Below are positions 17,543 to 21,501 of a stretch of DNA of 21,501 bases, one piece after another. A program made the position numbers and the translations under genes. Position 1 is the stretch's first letter. Every line of letters starts with the position of its first letter. The DNA lies in assembly GCA_003166335.1 (NCBI GenBank), contig PMWA01000126.1, positions 1-21,501 on the forward strand, written 5' to 3'. The notes under the pieces are model-generated. The model had not been told where the DNA came from, ran no database searches, and was given only the letters and a program-made list of their open reading frames with translations. This DNA comes from Methanobacterium sp. Its GTDB lineage: Archaea; Methanobacteriota; Methanobacteria; Methanobacteriales; Methanobacteriaceae.

Positions 17543-18376
17543 ATGGATTATCCTGAAAAAGAATATAAAGAATTATCTGTGATAATTTTAAACTATAAAA
17601 ACGCTTTTTTAACAGCTAAATGTGTTGATTATCTAATAAAATCTGCAAATAAATCAGGTATTTCAATTGAAGTTATCGTGGTTGATAACAGTACACTGGA
17701 AACTGCAGATGAACTTAAAGAGATTTTACCATCCACGGTTAAAATCATTGATAATAATATAAATCAAGGATTTTCTCGGGCAAATAACCAGGGAATTCGT
17801 GTAGGTACTGGAGAATTCATTTTATTATTGAATAATGATGCATTTGTCAATTCACAATGTTTAAGGGCGGGTATAAATTATTTAAAGGAAAATAATGATT
17901 GTGGTATTTGGTCGCCTAAATTAATAGGTGAAGATGGTTCATTTCAAGTATCATGTGCTCGATTACCATCCATAAAAGGATTAATTGGAGAATACCTACT
18001 ATTTAGAAATTTTGATTGGTATGAAGACGTTAAGGAATGGAGAAAACCTCGAAATGTTGGAACTGTTATTGGAGCTTACTTACTCTTTAAGAAATCATTA
18101 ATAAATGAAGTGGGACTACTAGATGAAGATTTTTTCTTCAATGTGGAAGATGTTGATTACTGTAAAAGAGTTCATGAAGCAGGATTATCGGTGGTATACG
18201 ATCCTCGCTATAGTGTAGTGCATATTGGAGGTGCATCTTCCAAAGATTCATGGATGAACAGTTCACATTTACACAATTATCGTATAGTTTATTTCCATAA
18301 ACATCACGGTAAAATCTCTGGATGGCTAGCTAGAATAATTATAAGCTTAGGATTAACTATAAGGAAAATTAAATAA
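17543..18376 (+). CDS. GT2 glycosyltransferase (WbbL-like)
   Basis: IILNYK, VVDNS, NQGFSRANN, LLNND, GLLDEDFF, EDVDYC, HIGGAS. Confidence 0.9.
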   Translation: MDYPEKEYKELSVIILNYKNAFLTAKCVDYLIKSANKSGISIEVIVVDNSTLETADELKEILPSTVKIIDNNINQGFSRANNQGIRVGTGEFILLLNNDAFVNSQCLRAGINYLKENNDCGIWSPKLIGEDGSFQVSCARLPSIKGLIGEYLLFRNFDWYEDVKEWRKPRNVGTVIGAYLLFKKSLINEVGLLDEDFFFNVEDVDYCKRVHEAGLSVVYDPRYSVVHIGGASSKDSWMNSSHLHNYRIVYFHKHHGKISGWLARIIISLGLTIRKIK

Positions 18377-18414
18377 AATTTATTGGATTAGGATTTGGAG
18401 GAATAAAAAAAATA

Positions 18415-19266
18415 ATGACTAAAAAACCTAAAATATCCATTTTAATTCACACTCTTAATGAAGAGAGGAATATAAGAAATTGCCTGGAAACCGTGAAATG
18501 GGCAGATGAGATAATAATTATTGATATGTACAGTGACGATAGAACAGTGGAGATAACGAAGGAGTACACTGATAAAATATTTTATCATGAGAGAATGGGT
18601 TACGCTGATCCAGCTAGGCAATTTGGCTTGGAGAAGGCTACCAATGATTGGGTGCTTCAGGTTGATGCGGATGAATTAGTTCCATTAAAATTGAGAAATA
18701 AATTAATTCAGATAATGGATGAGGATTTAGCGGATATAATTATAATTCCTCATAATAACTATTTTTTTGGACATTTGATGGAGGGAACTGGCTGGGGAGC
18801 ATTACAGGATAGTCATCACAGATTCTTTAAAAAGGATTATATTTTTATAACTCATAATATACACTCTTCCTTCATAGAAAGAGATGATGCAAGATATTAT
18901 GAAATAAAAAATCCTGAGGAAGGATTTATACATTTTAACTATTTAAATATAGAGCAATTCATGGAAAAATTAAATCGTTACACTAGTATTGAAGCTGAAA
19001 ATTTATTTGAATCCAGAGAGGATATTAAATTCAGAACAATTATTAATCAGATATTCAATGAATTCAAAAAACGATATCTAAATTTAAATGGACGTAAAGA
19101 AGGTTTTAGAGGATTTGGATTAAGTTTTTTAATGGCTACTTATCGTGTAGTAACGTATATGAAGTTAAAACTAATGAATGAGTATGATTCACTGAATCCA
19201 AGAGAGAAAATTGAAGATGAATATAATAATTTAGCCCGTGAAGTTATTAATGAGTATAAGGAATAA
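18415..19266 (+). CDS. GT2 glycosyltransferase, WaaE/KdtX/LgtF beta-1,4-glucosyltransferase-like
   Basis: TLNEERNI, WADEIII-D-x-x-S-D-D-x-T, VDADE, HFNY...KLNRYT; GGAGG RBS. Confidence 0.87.
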   Translation: MTKKPKISILIHTLNEERNIRNCLETVKWADEIIIIDMYSDDRTVEITKEYTDKIFYHERMGYADPARQFGLEKATNDWVLQVDADELVPLKLRNKLIQIMDEDLADIIIIPHNNYFFGHLMEGTGWGALQDSHHRFFKKDYIFITHNIHSSFIERDDARYYEIKNPEEGFIHFNYLNIEQFMEKLNRYTSIEAENLFESREDIKFRTIINQIFNEFKKRYLNLNGRKEGFRGFGLSFLMATYRVVTYMKLKLMNEYDSLNPREKIEDEYNNLAREVINEYKE

Positions 19267-19325
19267 ATTTTCTAATTAAAAAATTAAATTCATGATTTAA
19301 TTAATTAATAAAATTTTATATTTAC

Positions 19326-20753
19326 TTAATCTTTATTTAAATTAATTATTTCTTTAAAAATAGCATAATCTTCATCTGTAAAGGTTTTAAGAGCAATTAT
19401 AACAGCGAAATATATTATAGCAGCAATAAAAATCTCTAAAAATAGGTTTAATTTAATGGTTATAATGAATAATGCCATTACAATACTCGCCAGAGCTGGC
19501 TTGATGATAACTGATGGTAAATTAATTTTGCTAAATGATTTAGAAAGAATGTAGAAACAGAGAATGAAAACAATCAATTCTGTAATTATAGTTACTACAG
19601 CAGCCCCTATGTAACTATAAATAGGTATAAGCACTAAATTCAGGGATATATTCACAGTCATAGAAATGAAGGTGATTTTAAGTAGTAAGTTTTGCCGATT
19701 CATAGCGGGAATTATTGTACCAAAGATATAATTTAAAAAGGTTATAGGAATAGACCAAATTAAGATCTGAAGGATCTCTATGGATGGTATAAATTTTGGA
19801 TAGATAAAATGGATGATTTGAGGGGATAGAAGCGATACACCTACTGCGATGGGTAATGATAGTATAGTTAAGTATTTAAAAGATTTTTTGTAAGTGTACT
19901 TCAGTGAATCCTCAGAGGAGACGAAGAAATTCGAAAAAACGGGGAATATGGCTGTTGAAAAAACACCGGGAAGGAATAAGAAAACCATCATTAAATTGTA
20001 AGATGCACCATAATAACCCACTTGTACACTGGTTTTTAAGATGGATAAAAGTACAGTATCTATCCTGTAAGCTATTAAAGAGAAGATACTAACGAATGAA
20101 AGCGGTAATGCAGCCATAATAGCGGGTTTCCAGAAATCATAATCTACTTCAATTTTGGGTAAGTGAAACTTCCTTATGTAAAAAATCAAAGCGTAAACAA
20201 AAACTACTGCGTTAGATATAAGATATAAAGAAGCGAATGCCAGCACGTTCAAATGATAATAAATAACAGTAATTACACCTATAAGCATCAGAATACTGTT
20301 CATTATTGCTGCTAGTGATTGGAATTCCATCTCTTGATACGATTGAAATATTGAATAGAATACTCCTGAGAATGAATTGAATATTACTGACGCTGTTATA
20401 ATATAAATTACATAGATCTCCTGTTGTGGATAATGTATCACATTAACTGTTACAAAAATAAGGAAAAACGTAAAGAAAGATAATATAATTTTCATTACAG
20501 TAGTGTTTGCCACATATTTTTTAGCTAAAGCTTTATCTCTGGAAACTTCCCGTACCGTAAGCGTCCCTAAACCTAGATCAGTGAAAACACCATAAATTGC
20601 AGTGAGTGCAAGAGCGGTTTGTATAATTCCAAATCCTAGAGGACCCAGGTAATTAGCCATATAAATAGCAATAAAAAAGCCTATAACATAAGTTATAATT
20701 TGTGATATGAATAATACAGTTGTATTTTTTGCTATTCTACGCACAGCACTCAT
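19326..20753 (-). CDS. Wzx-type (MOP superfamily) oligosaccharide flippase
   Basis: 475 aa, hydrophobic throughout; RIAKN, YLGPxGFG, DLGL..L.VREV, RIDTVLL, VGYY, LNLVLIP..SYIGAA motifs. Confidence 0.92.
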   Translation of the reverse strand: MSAVRRIAKNTTVLFISQIITYVIGFFIAIYMANYLGPLGFGIIQTALALTAIYGVFTDLGLGTLTVREVSRDKALAKKYVANTTVMKIILSFFTFFLIFVTVNVIHYPQQEIYVIYIITASVIFNSFSGVFYSIFQSYQEMEFQSLAAIMNSILMLIGVITVIYYHLNVLAFASLYLISNAVVFVYALIFYIRKFHLPKIEVDYDFWKPAIMAALPLSFVSIFSLIAYRIDTVLLSILKTSVQVGYYGASYNLMMVFLFLPGVFSTAIFPVFSNFFVSSEDSLKYTYKKSFKYLTILSLPIAVGVSLLSPQIIHFIYPKFIPSIEILQILIWSIPITFLNYIFGTIIPAMNRQNLLLKITFISMTVNISLNLVLIPIYSYIGAAVVTIITELIVFILCFYILSKSFSKINLPSVIIKPALASIVMALFIITIKLNLFLEIFIAAIIYFAVIIALKTFTDEDYAIFKEIINLNKD

Positions 20754-20876
20754 ATTGATTTACGTCCTAAAATTATAAATTTGGTAATAAGAAAAATAAA
20801 ATAATAATTTTATATAAATATTAAATAATATCCTAATAGAAAATATCTGATAAAAAAAATTTATTAGATTTTTTAA

Positions 20877-21501
20877 TTATATGTTCAAATTTTTACCAGC
20901 AAACCATCCTATAGTATCACGTAATTCTGATTTAAAATCATTATGGGGATGGAAACCAAATAAACTTGCTTCCGAAATGTCTGCCATGGAATGTTTAACA
21001 TCTCCGGGTCTAGGCTCAGAATAAATTGGCATTATATTTTTCCCGATAACTTCATTGATTATTTTAACCAACTGATTAATTGTAGTACTCTTTCCCATAG
21101 CAGCATTAAATACACCAGTCACATTTGACTCGCAGGCTTTAATATTAGCTTCAGCAACATGTTTAACATATATGAAATCTCTGCTTTGTTCACCATCACC
21201 ATATATAACTGGTCTCTTGTTATTCAAGATAGCATTAATGAAATTTGGTATAACTGCAGCGTACTGTGAGTTAGGATCCTGCCGAGGGCCGAAAATATTA
21301 AAGTAACGCAGTGAAACAGTGGGGAAACCATAAGCTTCGGTGAAGACCTGACAATACATTTCTCCTGCTATTTTATTAACGGCGTAGGGTGATAAAGGAT
21401 TTAGAGGAGCCTCCTCACTTATAGGTAATGTATTATTATCACCATAAACCGCAGCTGATGATGCAAAAACAAATTTTTTTATACTACTATCCCTTGCTGC
21501 T
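20877..21501 (-). CDS. NAD-dependent nucleotide-sugar epimerase (extended SDR, GalE/WbpP-like), 5' truncated by the window edge
   Basis: The frame stays open beyond the ORF-track Met to the window end: [20 protein letters not shown]...PLSPYAVNK (YxxxK), then [24 protein letters not shown]. Confidence 0.92.
   Translation of the reverse strand, partial: AARDSSIKKFVFASSAAVYGDNNTLPISEEAPLNPLSPYAVNKIAGEMYCQVFTEAYGFPTVSLRYFNIFGPRQDPNSQYAAVIPNFINAILNNKRPVIYGDGEQSRDFIYVKHVAEANIKACESNVTGVFNAAMGKSTTINQLVKIINEVIGKNIMPIYSEPRPGDVKHSMADISEASLFGFHPHNDFKSELRDTIGWFAGKNLNI

Noticed and set aside
19904..20092. 62 aa basic ORF on +
   Set aside because: Antisense to the T-rich flippase, which explains the Lys/Arg richness.
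21357..21359. ORF-track start of the 160 aa epimerase, suggesting a truncated gene
   Set aside because: The frame is open to the window edge and includes the YxxxK motif, so it is an edge truncation, not a pseudogene.

Overview
AT-rich archaeal sequence, most consistent with a Methanobacteriaceae methanogen such as Methanobacterium (inferred from the protein families, GGAG/GGTGA ribosome-binding sites and TATA-like promoters). The window starts inside a minus-strand tRNA-Leu(GAG), followed by a DUF167/YggU gene. The rest is a ~21 kb surface-glycan cluster: rmlB, a short SpsL-type rmlC-like cupin, long-form rmlA and galU, but no rmlD; a Dol-P-sugar-synthase-like GT2; five GT4 and five further GT2 glycosyltransferases; a 716 aa DUF2206-like polytopic membrane protein; a Wzx-type flippase; and a 5'-truncated extended-SDR epimerase. 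I see no mobile element, CRISPR array or clear pseudogene. The best leads are (i) the DUF2206 protein as a candidate GT-C transferase or polymerase paired with the lipid-P-sugar synthase and flippase, (ii) an RmlC-like protein that seems to lack canonical catalytic residues, with no RmlD nearby, (iii) three GT2 paralogs with highly similar N-halves, a shared ~45 aa insert and divergent C-halves, and (iv) an exact 19 bp direct repeat in a divergent promoter region. All family calls are from motif recognition by eye, not database searches.
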